DNA from: Rhizophagus irregularis
Taxonomy: Eukaryota
Reading direction: 5' to 3'
DNA length: 64,000 nt
Assembly: GCF_026210795.1 (NCBI RefSeq)
Contig: NC_089432.1
Span: forward strand, 2,790,001-2,854,000
Part shown: piece after piece, positions 12,900 to 27,342 of the stretch
How the letters are laid out: each line of letters opens with the position of its first letter
How positions within the stretch are numbered: position 1 is the stretch's first letter
Position numbers and translations under genes: made by a program
Notes under the pieces: model-generated
Told to the model about the DNA's origin: nothing
Seen by the model: only the letters and a program-made list of their open reading frames with translations
Database searches by the model: none

Positions 12900-15445
12900 A
12901 ATTCTACATCGGAACCTAAAAAAAATCAACCAACAAATAAATTAATACATTAGTTTAGATATGGAAGATATGAATAAAAAAGTAATATTAGTAATTCATA
13001 TATAAACTAAAAAAAGTTACATTTTAATTAATGATCAATTGCTAATTCGAAAAGATTCTAAAGATTCTATTTAATAAATAAAAATTTCATTAGTATCCTT
13101 AACAATTTTTTAAAAAAATTAAATTATTAATTAACAACTGAAAAGTCTTTGCTTACTATATTATCATTCTGTTCGTAATAATCATCAGAATTGTTTGGTT
13201 CAGGAAGATTATTAAAATTGAGAAATCTTCTTGTGTAAATAGCTTCTGAATGCGTCATATATGATATTCCTAAACAAGTTGAAGATTTACTGCTATTTGA
13301 TGAATTTTTGTTAATATTATCTGCTTCTTTAATTTGTGTTTGTAATTCTATTGTTTACTTATTTCTGAATTTACAATTCCATGTGTATAAAATATTTTCA
13401 ATTTCTTCTGCTTTTGGCCGTTTTAATGGATCTGAATCTAAGCACCTTTTAATCAAATATATAATTAATTGAGGTACTTTAATATTAAATCTTGGTCTGA
13501 GTCCTTGACAAATTCCTATAGCTAAATTTTTATTATGGCTTATATTATGGTATGATGGTAATCCAGAAATTACTTCATACATAATTATACCAAAACTGTA
13601 AATATCAGCAGCCTTGGTATAATTTTTTCCTCTTAAAATTTCAGGAGCTATATAAAGTAAAATACCATATACCTTATTTTTTATGCATCATAATTTGCAG
13701 GTTTGCATAATCCCATGTCAGTTATAACTGCATTATGTTTAAGCTTTAATATGTTACCAATATGCAAATCTCGATGAATGAATTCCTTTTCATGAATATA
13801 TTTAAGTCCAAGTATAGTTTCTTATAAATAATCAATCTTTTTATTCCAATCTAATGTACTATAATATTTATCTAAATAATTTCGTAGACTTCCATCTTCT
13901 GCATAGTCTAAAATCATCATATAATTTCTGTTTCTGGATCCTGAGTTATTCCATAAAATTCAATAATATAATTATTGTTTAATTTTCCTTTATTATGCAA
14001 CATAATCTATAGGCAAGTAAAGTTATAATATATTAGTAAAATTAATAATTTTAGTATTTAATTACTTTAATAAATTTAATTAATAAAGTTAATATACCTC
14101 ATTCATGAATTCCAATGTGACATTTTTTGAATTATCTAAACTTTTTAGTGCCACAAACTTGTTTTTATTATTTCTTTTCCAATTTTTATTATTGAAATCC
14201 AATTTATCTATATAACCATCAACCCAATTTGCTCTATACACTTTGCCAAACCCTCCTTTTGTAATGTATTTAATATCTTATAACCTATCATAAGGTATCC
14301 ATTCTAATACTGTTTTAAATACTTTATATCTAACATGAGCCAATAGCTGAGTATCTTGAATAAATTTATCAATATTATTATTACCACTAGTCCAGTTTAC
14401 AAAATTTTGTTGAATATGAATTGCATTACATGTATAATTACATTTTTTACATTTATCTTTCAAAACCATTATATAATTATTTGTTTCTGGGTTTTGAGTT
14501 ATTCCATAAGATTCATTTATCTACAAATATAATACGTTAGCAAAAATACAAATTTCAAAATTTTCATTTAATATATTAGATATAGTAGTACCTCATCCAT
14601 AAATTTTGATTTAATATTTTTTGGTTATTTAATATTTTTAGAATCACAACAGTATTTCTATTTCTTCCCCAATTTTGTTTTTTATAATTCCATTCATAAA
14701 TATATCCATCAATCCAATTTGCTCTAAATCTGCTTTTTATAGTGTTATTAAATCTCATTCCAATGTTGTTTCTGCGTTTTCATGAGCTGATAACTGAGTA
14801 TCTTGAATAAATTTATCAATATTATTTTATTACCACTAGTCCAGTTTACAAAATTTTGGTTGAAAATAAATTGCATTACATGTACAATTACATTTTTTAC
14901 ATCTATCATTCAGAACCATCATATAATTATTTGTTTCTGGATTTTGAGTTATTCCATAAGATTCATTGATCTACAAATATAGTTTACATTAGCAAAAGTG
15001 CAAATTTTAAAATTCATTTAATAAATTAGATATACTTCATCCATAAATTTTAATTTAATATCTTTTAAACTTTTAAGAGTTACAAGTACGTTATGACGCC
15101 GTCTATTCCAATTTTGATTTTAATCATTCCATTCATAAATATATATCCATCAATCCAATTTGCTCTATATGTTTCGCCAAATCTACTTTTTATAGTGTTA
15201 TTAAATCTATTAAAACGTATCCATTCTAATGCTGATTTTGCAATATTATGAGCTGACAACTGAGTTTCTTGAATAAATTTATCAATATCATCATTACCAC
15301 TAGTCCAATTTCCATGTTGGAAAAGTACTGCATTACACGTGTAATTACATTCTTCACATATTTTATTTAATTCATTAACATTCGATGACTTAATTAGCTT
15401 CTTGATACTTTTAATAAAAGAATCTATTACCACAAATGAATTCAA
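12900..15445 (-). pseudogene. TKL protein kinase pseudogene with three tandem CxxC/WTSGN N-terminal modules
   Basis: KGGFGKVY, VALK, HRDLHIGN, TDMG and APE motifs present but broken by stops and frameshifts; repeated CKKCNYTCNA..WTSGN..IDKFIQ units. Confidence 0.8.
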
Positions 15446-17817
15446 ATTGATAAAATTACTAAATAATATAAAAGGCGACTGAAAAAAAATTGTTTAAATT
15501 CATAAGATCATATAAATTTAGCCGCTGATCAGTTGATCATCCTGGTGTAATTCCGTAGTATACCTAGTAAATTTATTAATTATGAGGCGCAGTATTATAT
15601 TTAGAATTAGCGTAGTAGTTTAAAATTGTATGACGTTATAAATGTAACGTCCGAGATAACGTTAAACTAAATAACATGTGATTTGAGTAAATCTATAATT
15701 AGATTTGGGAAGGGAACTATAATCAGAGTACTTACATATTAAGAAGGAAATTTGAAGGTCAAAAGAAGGAAAAATTCAAAATTTCAAAAACATGAAAAAC
15801 GATAAAGTTCCAAAGTGTGCAGTTTGATTGAGTATGAAATTTGGAGAATTTAAAATTTTATAGTTTTGAGTTGAAAAAGGGTAAAATGTTTCTTGGAGAA
15901 AGTAACTTAAGATATTATAAAAAGGGGTAAATTTTGATTTTTGGATACGAATTTGGGGATTTTATTATTAGTCATATTTAGTTATATTAAAGCAAGCATA
16001 GCAAAATGTATAAAATATAAAAATAAACTGTATTTCTCATCTAATAATTACATCCTACTAGAAGTATGAGTCCTTTTTTATTGAATGGTCAAAGATAGAG
16101 AAAATTACTGTAAATTTTATATTTGCACCATATTATTTAACAAAAAACAATTTCGCTAATAAATATTAAGTAATATTAAGCAAAATGTGTCATATAATCG
16201 TTTGAAGTTTATAATTATCAGCATTAATTGGAATAAAAAAATTAGGTTGGCAATAGTCCATAATAAATTTAGAATTATATCTACTATTTATTTTGAAAGA
16301 ATAAGAAGCTATTATTGTTCCAGTAAATTTCTCTAAGGGTTTATCAGGGATTAATTCACAAAGAGATTACGTGGCGATAAAGCAGGATACGGAACATGTC
16401 TCAGTGTCACATAAAATTCATGTTATATCAACGTAAGTCATATATATATTAGTTAGAGGAAAAATAAAACTTATTTACAACATATTGTTTACTACTAAGC
16501 ATCAAATGACAATACTTTTTATACAGACTAACCGTACATTTCCCTAATAAAATAATAAAATTTAAAATTTATCTCATTAAATCTTGTTACTAGAATAATA
16601 ATAATAATTTGTTTAAATTATATCATTTTATATTCCTTGTGATAATATTTCAATTTAATTATCTATATTCTTATTGAATGTACACTAAATACATTAGCTT
16701 TCCGTCGGGTTCTGTTTTTTTTTATTTCATTTATTTATTTTACTAATTAGAATGAATGTATTTAATTATTTTTATTTTTGATTTAATTTTCATTTAATTT
16801 GATGGATGGACTTTAAAGTTTTATTTTACTTTATTCATCATTAATTTTGTATTTTTGTGTGTACTATATAATTATAATGTAATCAATGTAATAATAAAAA
16901 AATTCATTTCTATTTTAGAAAAATTAATAAATTATATATAAATTATATAAATTCAAAAAAAAAATTTTTTAAAATGAGTTTTTAGCAGGATATGTGTATT
17001 ATTTGTTCTTAATTTATTATTTAGTATTTAAGTACTAGAACTATCAAGAGGAATTTATAAACAACTTTTTGATTAATAATATTATTGCTAAATGAGATTG
17101 TAATAAAACTTAATATTTTCATTTTGGTTGATATTAGTTTACAAGATAATCACCTACCTAATTAATAGAATTTTTTTTTAAACAAAAAAAAAAGATATTA
17201 AATCACATTTCTGTTTTAATAAATAATTAATACAATTTGATTACTTCTAATAGCATTAATATGAAGAGGTTATTCTTTAAGAAAAAATTTTCCTGTAAAG
17301 TCTTAAAATAATTTCAGCTTTAAATACAGGAACCCATTTGGATACAGAATTATTCTTTGGAATAAAAGATATCAATTTAATTTCCATGATTTGTATCATA
17401 TTTCCTTAAAACTCACAATGGTTTTCCTTATAGTGTAATCTGTGATATCTCATATATCTCATTTGGTAACAAAGAAATAAAAATAAGTTTTGTGAACATA
17501 ATTATTGTATTTTTTTTTCATTAAGAAATAATTTTGAATTAAAACAGTTTATATTTTTAATGAATATATAAATTTTTTTCAAAAGAAAATAATTGGTCAA
17601 ACCAATTTTTTTTTGTTAATTAATTTCTATAGTAATTATCACAATTAACAAATTTTTATTTTATATGATAATACACAAATTATAATTAAAATTTCCGTAT
17701 TACTGCTAATATTATTAATATTATAATATTATTCAGTTTATTATTCTTGAATCATAAACACTAAAGTAGATATCCATCATATGAATAGTATACAGTATAA
17801 TCATATATCATATTTCA

Positions 17818-19293
17818 TTAAGTTAATCCAAAATTTTTTTCCAATTTAATTTCAAATTTCTTAATAATACCTAATTTAATATATTTATCAATAGCTATTT
17901 TTATATCCTCTATATTTATATTTGATTCAATAATGCAATGATTAGAAGCAAAAATAATCAGTGAAAATGATCTATATGATACATTATGATTTTGCCAGTT
18001 TTTAGAAAATTCCTCCAAGTCATGAAGAAGATAATTTATTTGCATTCTAAAATAACAATCTAAAATTAAAGTATGAAAATATTTTTGTGAATAATTTGCT
18101 AAAATCTTGAATAAGGTTTTACCACTTTGCCAATCCTTATAACAAAGTTCAATAATTTCTAAATATTGACAATTATTTAAAGTTAGTTTCAATGATTTTT
18201 TCTCCCTAATATTAGAGTATAAAATTCTAAGATTTGGACAAAGTTTAGCTAGAGTTAAATTCATTAATAAACTATAGTAGTACATATTAAGTATGTATAA
18301 TTCTGTTAAATTTTTTCCATTAATTTCCAAAAATTTACATACACTGTGTAGCAGCATATCAATGCCAGTGTCAGTTGAAAATATGTAGTAATTGATTCTT
18401 AAAATCTTCAATTGTGAAAAATAAACATACTGTAATTGACCAAAACCAGAATAATCAAAATATAAATCTATATGGAGTTCTTGTAAATTTTTGAACATAG
18501 CTATAAATGATAAGGTTATATCACACCTATATAATGCTAACTTTGTTAATGTTAAAGAATGCTTAATTAACGAAGTGGTTATTTTATCATCATAATTATT
18601 ATAACGCTTAAGATTTACAATTTTTAGATTATTTTGTACAGAAATTAAATCTGTTAACCAATTTGAAATTTGAGATTCAAAAACTATAGTTAATGATTGC
18701 ATATTATGACATAGTTGAGTCATTTGATAAAAAAATTCAGAACAAATATTCGAACCACATTTTAATTCTGTGAGATTTTCTAAATGAATTTTTGCTTCAG
18801 GTAAATAAATAAATTTAATATTTCCTGAATTTGAATGCTTGAAATCCAAAACTTTTAATGATGAAATTTGATTCATAAACATTTTTAATATTTCTTGTGA
18901 TAAGATTTCTAAAACAGTTGATTGCTGATTTTTAAGTAAATACTGAATCATTTCATTAATTTTACAAATTGAAATACTTTTGCAAAATGATGCATAATTA
19001 AACAATGGAGGCTTCCGAACCATAATGGTAATATTAACACCATTCTTAATTAAAAGCTTTTTTGATTCTTTAGGAAGACAACCAATTAAAGTAGTAATAA
19101 TTGATGTTGATATATCACGAGGTTTATCATAAAAGTAAAACTTACAAAACTTCCAAAAATTCCTCCATAAAATTCTAACTGCAATTTCACAACAAAGTTG
19201 ATTAACTAATAGACAAGAATATAAAGTATTTTTATCATCATTTAAATATTCTAATATATCATTAAGACAATCATAAGGAAGTTGACAAGTCAT
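17818..19293 (-). CDS. F-box-like/LRR protein
   Basis: MTCQLPYDCLNDILEYL..LYSCLLVNQLCCEIAVRILW; PLFNYASFCK motif; LRR-like repeats; likely start is the ATG at 19293. Confidence 0.75.
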   Translation of the reverse strand: MTCQLPYDCLNDILEYLNDDKNTLYSCLLVNQLCCEIAVRILWRNFWKFCKFYFYDKPRDISTSIITTLIGCLPKESKKLLIKNGVNITIMVRKPPLFNYASFCKSISICKINEMIQYLLKNQQSTVLEILSQEILKMFMNQISSLKVLDFKHSNSGNIKFIYLPEAKIHLENLTELKCGSNICSEFFYQMTQLCHNMQSLTIVFESQISNWLTDLISVQNNLKIVNLKRYNNYDDKITTSLIKHSLTLTKLALYRCDITLSFIAMFKNLQELHIDLYFDYSGFGQLQYVYFSQLKILRINYYIFSTDTGIDMLLHSVCKFLEINGKNLTELYILNMYYYSLLMNLTLAKLCPNLRILYSNIREKKSLKLTLNNCQYLEIIELCYKDWQSGKTLFKILANYSQKYFHTLILDCYFRMQINYLLHDLEEFSKNWQNHNVSYRSFSLIIFASNHCIIESNINIEDIKIAIDKYIKLGIIKKFEIKLEKNFGLT

Positions 19294-20599
19294 TTTATTT
19301 GTTTTTAATGAAATGTTGAATGATTTAAGGATGATAATTTGTAAATTATTTAAGCAAACCTTCTCCACTCCATTTAAATGGAAATTAGTGTGTAAAAAAT
19401 TTTTCATGTTAGTTCAAAATTACTATTCACTTTATCATATTGCATACAAAATTACTAATAATTTTCCTAAATCGGAGATATTAGTCAAGATAATCAAGAT
19501 GATTCATGATTGATCTTATATAAAATTAGATATACTGACTTTTGGTCTTGAACCAAGATAATTTTTTTTGGAAATACATAATTTTTTTGGATATCGGGAT
19601 AAATACTTTGGTTAAAAAATATCCAGATTGACCCATGATAAATACAATTTTTTTTAAAAAATCTAAATTCAATTTTTAATTTTTGGTTAAATTGATATTA
19701 ATTTGATTTTGTACTATAGTATGTAATTTGTAAAAATGAAACACTTGTCTTTTAATTAAATGGTTCCATGATTTTAAATATCTTATTTATAATTAGAATG
19801 GTTGTGTTGAAACATATATATACTCTTACTTTTGATTAACTAAAATATTTTTAATCTATAAATTTTTTATATAAAGTGATTTTTTCGTTGGCTAAAAATA
19901 GTCTTAATGATTTTTATTGATAATTATTGTGATGTGTAAGTGGCAAAATGAAATTTTATAGCAAATGTACGATATTTTTTGAATAAAGATCATACCACTC
20001 ATTTTTTATGAATTATTCGTAACCATTCTATATAGTATCTATTAAATAATTATTTAACTTTTGAAATTGACAAAATATTTACATCACCAATCCTATTGAA
20101 TCCCTTGTCACATTTTTACTTTATCATTTATTATTAATTTACATTTACTAAATACTTTTTAAATAACTTTAAAGTCGATAACTGTACATATTCAGTGCTA
20201 TTACTAAACCACCCTGAATATGATTTCTTTAAAGTATATATTAAAACAGCAGTGGCAGTGTAATATTCTCTTTTGAGGCTTATATTGAATTTTCACTAAA
20301 AAAAAAGTAATTTTTATATTATAACATAAACGATTTATATATATAATATTAGAAAAAATATTCATAAAAAATTTTATTTTAAAATGAAACTTTACTTATT
20401 GCATTTGTGATATAATTTTTAGCTAAAACTTATTGAAATATAGATCAAAAGCAAAAAGGATAAAAATCAAAGAAATTCTTGTATATAAATTTAATATGAA
20501 AATTAATAATAAAACATCTCTAAACGTTTTTGGGCATTTTTCTGTCGAAAGGTGCTCTTCGTCACTATTCATAATAGCCTTTCCAATCGTTCATCCTCA

Positions 20600-20734
<135 letters not shown>

Positions 20735-21920
20735 TCATGATTGATGTGCTTAACAAGCCATTTACGATATGAAGCAATTCGATTGCTTCCTTTTGTACTC
20801 CCACGAATAGGGATATAGGGAATACTGATTGAAGATGTAAGAAAACGAAAACAAACCCACTCGCTCATATTTATATTTTTGGAGAAAATACTGTATTTAT
20901 GATAATAAATTATAAATTTTGCTTGCTCTGATCATGATTCAGTAATAATAACATTCTCTATTTAAATAAATAATAAAATATAATTGTTATTTAAATCATA
21001 TTATTTGTAATAGATGACAAAATAAAATAGCATTTACCTAATGTTTGTTTGTACCAACGATTTTCAATAAATTTCTTGGCCTGTTTTATTCAATATTTCC
21101 GTAATAACAAATTTTAAATTAAAGTCAATATTTTTGATAAGACAAAATTTGCAAAAAAAAATTTTTATGAAACATTTACTGAGCTAGAAGCTATATGTTA
21201 ACAACTTCAATTGTTAAACAAATTGTATTACGTCTGGCAAAGCCAATAATGATTTATTGAATAAACACGTTTCCATGTGACATGTGAGCGACATAAATAT
21301 TAAAGCATTTCTTATATTAAATAAAAACATTTCTTTTATTTTTATTTTTTTACTACTAGAGTTGCAGAAAAAATTAAATAATAATTATTTTATAAAAAAT
21401 AACAATGGCTATTTGAAAAGAATGTAATTTTGGGTATTATCAACAAAAAAGATGGTGAACTAATCGATAATTTTGGAAAAAGAAGTGGAAGAAATGATCA
21501 AAATAGATAATAATGATAATGACGGACTACTGAATAATGAAATAATATTAATAAATTATAATATTGCTTTAAATGATTATGTATTACATTGGAAAACAAT
21601 ATAATATTTGTAGATAATCGTAACTGAGCCAATTTTTGATAATCATCATCTATTATTAAGGAAAGATTTAATAGATTGAAATCAAAAATGTTATAATGTC
21701 ATCGTTTTTTTTTTTTAAAAAAAAAGTGATGAAAATTTTTTTAGCTAGTAGACACAAAAATATTGGCACATGACTAACATATTGTTGTTAAAGTTGTAAA
21801 TTTTGCTAGTTTAATTTTAAAAATTTTAATGATTTAATACGGATATACGATTAAAATATTTTTACTTATATAATAAATTAATCACCAGAGAGACTTCTAA
21901 TAGGAAGTCGATTTTTCAAA

Positions 21921-21954
<34 letters not shown>

Positions 21955-22639
21955 ATCACGTGGTTTTTACGACCACATCTGTCTAGCTTTTCTTTTAGTT
22001 TCTTTCATAAAGTATTTTTCATCTTTTTGTTAAAGGGTTTCTATTATTTTTTTTTGTATCATTTTTAAAATTTTGAATGTTACTAAATCCAGAAATTTGA
22101 TTATTGATATATATTGAGCATAATTTATATAATTATTTAAAACTAACCTAAGTTCATAATTCAGATACGGCTTAAAAACTTTTCGCGAGTTGAAGATCAT
22201 GATATTTAAACTTTGATTACAAATCTTCAAGTTAACTTGATTCCAAATATCATTCCTTAAACATTAATTTATTTTATTTATTAATTTTATTGATGAAGGT
22301 TGGTCAGAATGCTTAAATGCATTTAGGAGAGAGAATATATGATAAAAATGAAATGAACTGACTATCCTAAAAAGTATTAATCGTAAGAACTACATGGTTT
22401 GTTGATCAAAATGCTCTAATCTTAACCATAATATGTATGATAATACATTACGTCATTTACCATACACTGACTTATTACAAAACATGTTCATCCTATTTCA
22501 CCATATAAACAACAAACTGTCGCTAAATAGAAGAAATGTAGGAACGTTATATTCACTATTTATGAAACTTCTTAAAATTATTCAGAATAGTATACTAACT
22601 TTAGATGTTTAAAAAAAACTCTTTTTTAAAATAAAAATC

Positions 22640-22983
22640 GGATTCGATAAACCGGATTACGTGATAATTAACCAATAACATTTAAGTTACGTGTGCGGTA
22701 AATCTTAATTTTGGCCAGAATTATAAAAATCTTAATTCCGGCCGAAGTTATACATTACTTATATAAAATATTTTATATTCAATTTCATATGACCTCTATA
22801 ACTTAAAACTAAGATGAAAAATTAAAATATAGCGTATATTAATTTTATTAGCATGAATTTTTTTAAAAAAATTCGGTATAATAGATTTTCAATATATCGA
22901 AATATTTTCGCTATACCGGATATCCCGATAAACCGGATATTTTTAGTGGAACCGATAGATCCGGTTTATCGAATTTCACTATG
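22640..22983. mobile_element. Degenerate MITE
   Basis: Inverted repeat ATTCGATAAACCGGAT / ATCCGGTTTATCGAAT; left end eroded, no TSD readable. Confidence 0.55.
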
Positions 22984-23834
22984 TATTTACAATCAGCAGG
23001 AATATTTTAAAATTCACATTAAATAAACTAAAACACAAAGACCTTTTTCAATAACCTGCCTCAGTTTTTAATTAATTTGATTTAAATTTTTTTATCAAAT
23101 AAATTTAACATGCGTTGTTGAATTATTTTCTACAACAATAGGTTTTTTGGTAAGTTTGAAGTATTTTTGTTTCGAAGCTTATTTAACATTTTTAATTTTT
23201 TTTCTTTTTTTTGCAGATATTGGTAGATCGAGCCTCCTGAAATTGTTGAAAATTAAAAAAACCCATTTATTGCTCTCTTTTTTTGCTTCTTTTTAAAGAA
23301 TTTGTAGTAACCATCATATATTTAAATGAAAAAAAAAAATTGTAGAAATTGTAATCATGAAAACATTTTTCATTTTTTTTTAAGTTTTAAATTATAGTTC
23401 ATCCGTTTTTTTGTTATAACTATACTTACAGTATATTAGAGCATTAAAGTATGTATTTAAATTTAATCAAAATTATTGTCTATTGTCTTGATAATATATC
23501 AGGCTTAGATTTTATTTTAATTTTTATTTTTGTATCAAAATGAAACTTAAACTATAGTACGAACTGTAAAAGTGACGTTTAGTGATATAAAACAAAATAT
23601 ATAGTAAAAATAAGGCCTCTCAAGAACAACCTCCATCGGTTAAAAGAACAACTTAAACTAATTGATAAGGGGCAAGTTTAAAAGAAATAAAAAAAAAATC
23701 AATTCAAATAAAGATAAGAGAAAAATTAATTTAATATATCCGATTCTTTAAAATTGCTGTTTGATCCATGCGTTTTTCCAGGACCAGGTAGTATAAATTA
23801 ATAATTCTTTTATGCAGAGCCGAATTCAACGTTA

Positions 23835-24044
23835 CAACTGATTTCATAATGTGCGGGACACTTAGCAAATTTTAAAGAACTCGGAAGTATTCGGTAAAGC
23901 TTGATATAAAATAAAAATTATACGCTAATTTTGGAGTACTATTCCGAGAATGGTGGTATAATTTTATCTTATTTTGAACTTTTACCGAATATTTCTGAGT
24001 TCTTTAAATTTTGCCAAGTGTCCCGTACATTATGAAATCAGCTG
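23835..24044. mobile_element. MITE, CAGCTG-ended family, TA flanks
   Basis: CAACTGATTTCATAATGTGCGGGACACTT / AAGTGTCCCGTACATTATGAAATCAGCTG. Confidence 0.85.
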
Positions 24045-24225
24045 TAAATATTTTCGTTATTATCTTAAAACGCCGCAGTACCCGAGTTTATTAGCCGGCA
24101 CTATGTAATGCTGGTCAAATGGAAGCGATCTACATGATTTCTCTCATTCTAAGCAAATAACCTGATAACCAGGACCTTGACCTTTCTATATATAGCTCAG
24201 GGTCTTAGTAGTTGCTTGCTAATAA

Positions 24226-24474
24226 CAGCTGATTTTATAATATGCGGGACAATCGGGACATCCATCATTTTTACTCCATGCCGAGAGAAACTCGGTAAGA
24301 TTCGGTATAACTCAGAATAAAATAAAAACTACACCACGGTGCTCGGACCAGTGCTCCGAAGTCCGAATCAAACAATATGGTTTTACCTTATTCTGAACTT
24401 TACCGAGTTTTACCGAATGTACCGAGATGTCTCTCGGTAACTATTAGGTGCCCCGTATATTATGAAATCAGCTG
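24226..24474. mobile_element. Second related CAGCTG-ended MITE, AA flanks
   Basis: CAGCTGATTTTATAATATGCGGGACA / TGCCCCGTATATTATGAAATCAGCTG; internal sequence similar to 23835-24044. Confidence 0.8.
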
Positions 24475-25141
24475 AAATGAAAAAAACTTAGCCTTGAGCC
24501 CTCTGAATAACGACGCATTTTAGATTTTTCGTGATCCGTGAGTTAATTGCAAAGTATCTGGAATCTGGCGTGGCATCAAAATAAAAGTAAAAATTTTATT
24601 TTAAAATAAAACTATTTAAGATTTTGGAATAAAATATTATGTATTGAAATATATTGGTGTTGAATGGGTAGAACGAAAATCAGGTATATATCAAATTACT
24701 AATGGTTGATATAAATTTGCACCGAAATCATATATCCGCGTCAGATATAGAAAATGTACCACATGTTATATATAAAAGAAAAGGATTATTTCATTTTTGT
24801 TTTCATATCTTATATATCTTGTAATACTTGTAATGAAAAGAAAGACCTTATATATATATATATATATTGTTTAATTGCACAGTAAATATTAGTGAGTTAT
24901 AATAACAAATAACGCAATATCGTACAGTATGAAGCTTATTAAATCCAATTGTGAATTTATCCGAAAAAAATGATATTTTTATTATTTGAAAATACGTATA
25001 TAAAAAGAGAAAAAAAAAGCTTGTCTATAAGTAAATGTACTATGATAATTGAAAAAAGTCTATAGAAATTGAATAATAATTGTGATGAATTATGCAAAAT
25101 TAATAAGTTAATTCTTTTTAAAAAAAAATTGTTTCCTTTTT

Positions 25142-26507
25142 TTAAACGATATCTTCAACAATTTTATGAGGATCTAAACCCTCAAATACGATTCTATAAA
25201 CGGTTGTAAATAGAGGAAATCTATCGAGGAGAGAAAAAAATAAGGAATTAAGTAAATTTTTGAATGAAATATATTTTTTATAAAAATATTAAGTTTACTT
25301 ACTCTTTCTCCAATCCTTTTCGATGTAAAACTAAGTAGATTTCTTTTGCAGTAAGCGTTCCTTGTAATTTTTGACCATTGAGAAGTTCTTTCTCCAATTG
25401 TTCAAATGACTAGGAAGTGATTCATATAAGATACGTTAAGATACGTTAGCATACAAATACTAAACTATATAAAAATGCACATATAATATATTATATAACT
25501 ACTAATTACCTTTCCTGTAACAATGAATGCCTCAGCAGCTTTTCTATTTCTACCGCCATAACAAGTTGTAATTACATCAGCAATACCACAGCTTTCAAAG
25601 AAAGTTTCATCCTTGATACCCTTATAAAACATTTTAATATACTTTTTCATCTCCAATAAACCAATTCTAATAATAGCAGCTTTGGTATTTTCACCCAATT
25701 TTAAACCATCAATCATACCAGCACCTATAGCGATAACATTTTTTAATGCACCACATAATTCAACCCCTAAAACATCATCGACTATATTAACCTTAAAATA
25801 TTTTGTTTCAAATAACCTTTTAAATAATTTTCCTTCATGACGATTCTTATATCCAATTGTTGTTTCGGAAAACTTTTCTTGTGCAATTTCATTTGCTAAA
25901 TTTGCACCAGAAAGTGTACAAACCGAAATTTTCAAAGCTTCTTTGATCAAATGTGATATTGGACGAATTCCTGATTCTGTGGTATAAAATCCTTTAACTA
26001 AAGAGATAGCTTTAACTTTTGGATGAACATTTCCTTTTAATTTATCACATACACCATTTACAAACTGAAACAAAAAAAAAATATATTTTTATGTTATAAG
26101 TGAAAGTTCTTCAAAAATATTGTTACACTGAAATAAGTAAATAATAGTACCTGATGAGGAATAACTATTACTAAAATCGTAGCACCTTTGGCAGCTTCCA
26201 CGACATCAGGTACAGCTACAACATTTTCAGGAATACTAACTCCGGGTAAATATTTTACATTTTCATGTTTTTCGTTGATTAGATCAGTTAATTTTCTTTC
26301 GCCGATCATTTCTTCAAAAACCCACATTTTAATTTCATGTTCGAATCCACTCTGTTGAACAACATTTGTTCCTAATATCTTCGCAACCACAGTACCCCTG
26401 TAGAAAGTAGATTTTGATTAGTAACGAACGTTTGTATTACTGTCTAAAGATAATAATATTATATACCAATTTCCACTTCCAATCACAGCGACTTTCTCTT
26501 TAATCAT
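25142..26507 (-). CDS. GPD1: Glycerol-3-phosphate dehydrogenase (NAD+), multi-exon
   Basis: [15 protein letters not shown]ossmann motif, [37 protein letters not shown]; canonical introns. Confidence 0.93.
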
Positions 26508-26897
26508 TGTATGAACAAGATATCTTTTTAAAATTATGAGATGATAATTGTTGTTTATATAATGAAATTTTGATTGATTAATTGATGTAAGCAATAATGC
26601 AATTTCATGATTTTTTTTCCCACCGCCTTCACCGCCTTTATATAAAATTTTTTGGAAAACAATGATATAAAAAAATTAGATTAAAATTGTATGACAAATA
26701 ATTTATTAGCCCCTGGATTATCTGTCCATGTGGCATAGTTCTCATAGAGGTTCATCAATACCCTCCCTATTTTTTTATTAAAATGCAATAATCCGTGATA
26801 ATACGTGATAAAAATTTTTTAGTAAAAAATATGTTCCGATAGAGTGTTTTTGTTTGTGCGTCAAAGTTGGGCTGTGACGTAATATCCATTTATTATA

Positions 26898-27342
26898 GCA
26901 CATCTGAAATGTGTGTCAGGTTGACGGCGCAGTGTGGCGCAGCGATTTTTCCAAAAAAAATTAAATTGCAATTTTTTTTATTTAAAATAAAACCTTTAAA
27001 TTACTGCACTAGATGTATTTTCGTCCGCTCTGCAAATTTACTTAGAGTATATACGGGCGGTTTAGAAGGCCATTTTCGAGTTATTTAACAAAAACCGTTT
27101 TTTTGACAAATCCAATTTTGGAAATGATCGGCAAAGACGATAAAATCAGTTGTTATATACTAAAGTCAAAATCTACGTCCAAAACCTCCTTCCGTTTATA
27201 AGTGAATTTTGTAAAACAGATGAAAATACATCTAATGTGTAAATTTGAAAGCATTACATTAAAAAGAAAATCTTCAACTTAGATTTTTTTTGAATTACTG
27301 CGCCACACTGCGCCGTCAACCTGACACACATTTCAGACGTGC
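26898..27342. mobile_element. Mutator-like (MULE) MITE upstream of GPD1
   Basis: ~45-bp near-perfect TIR GCACATCTGAAATGTGTGTCAGGTTGACGGCGCAGTGTGGCGCAG; 9-bp TSD TTTATTATA (26889-26897, 27343-27351). Confidence 0.9.
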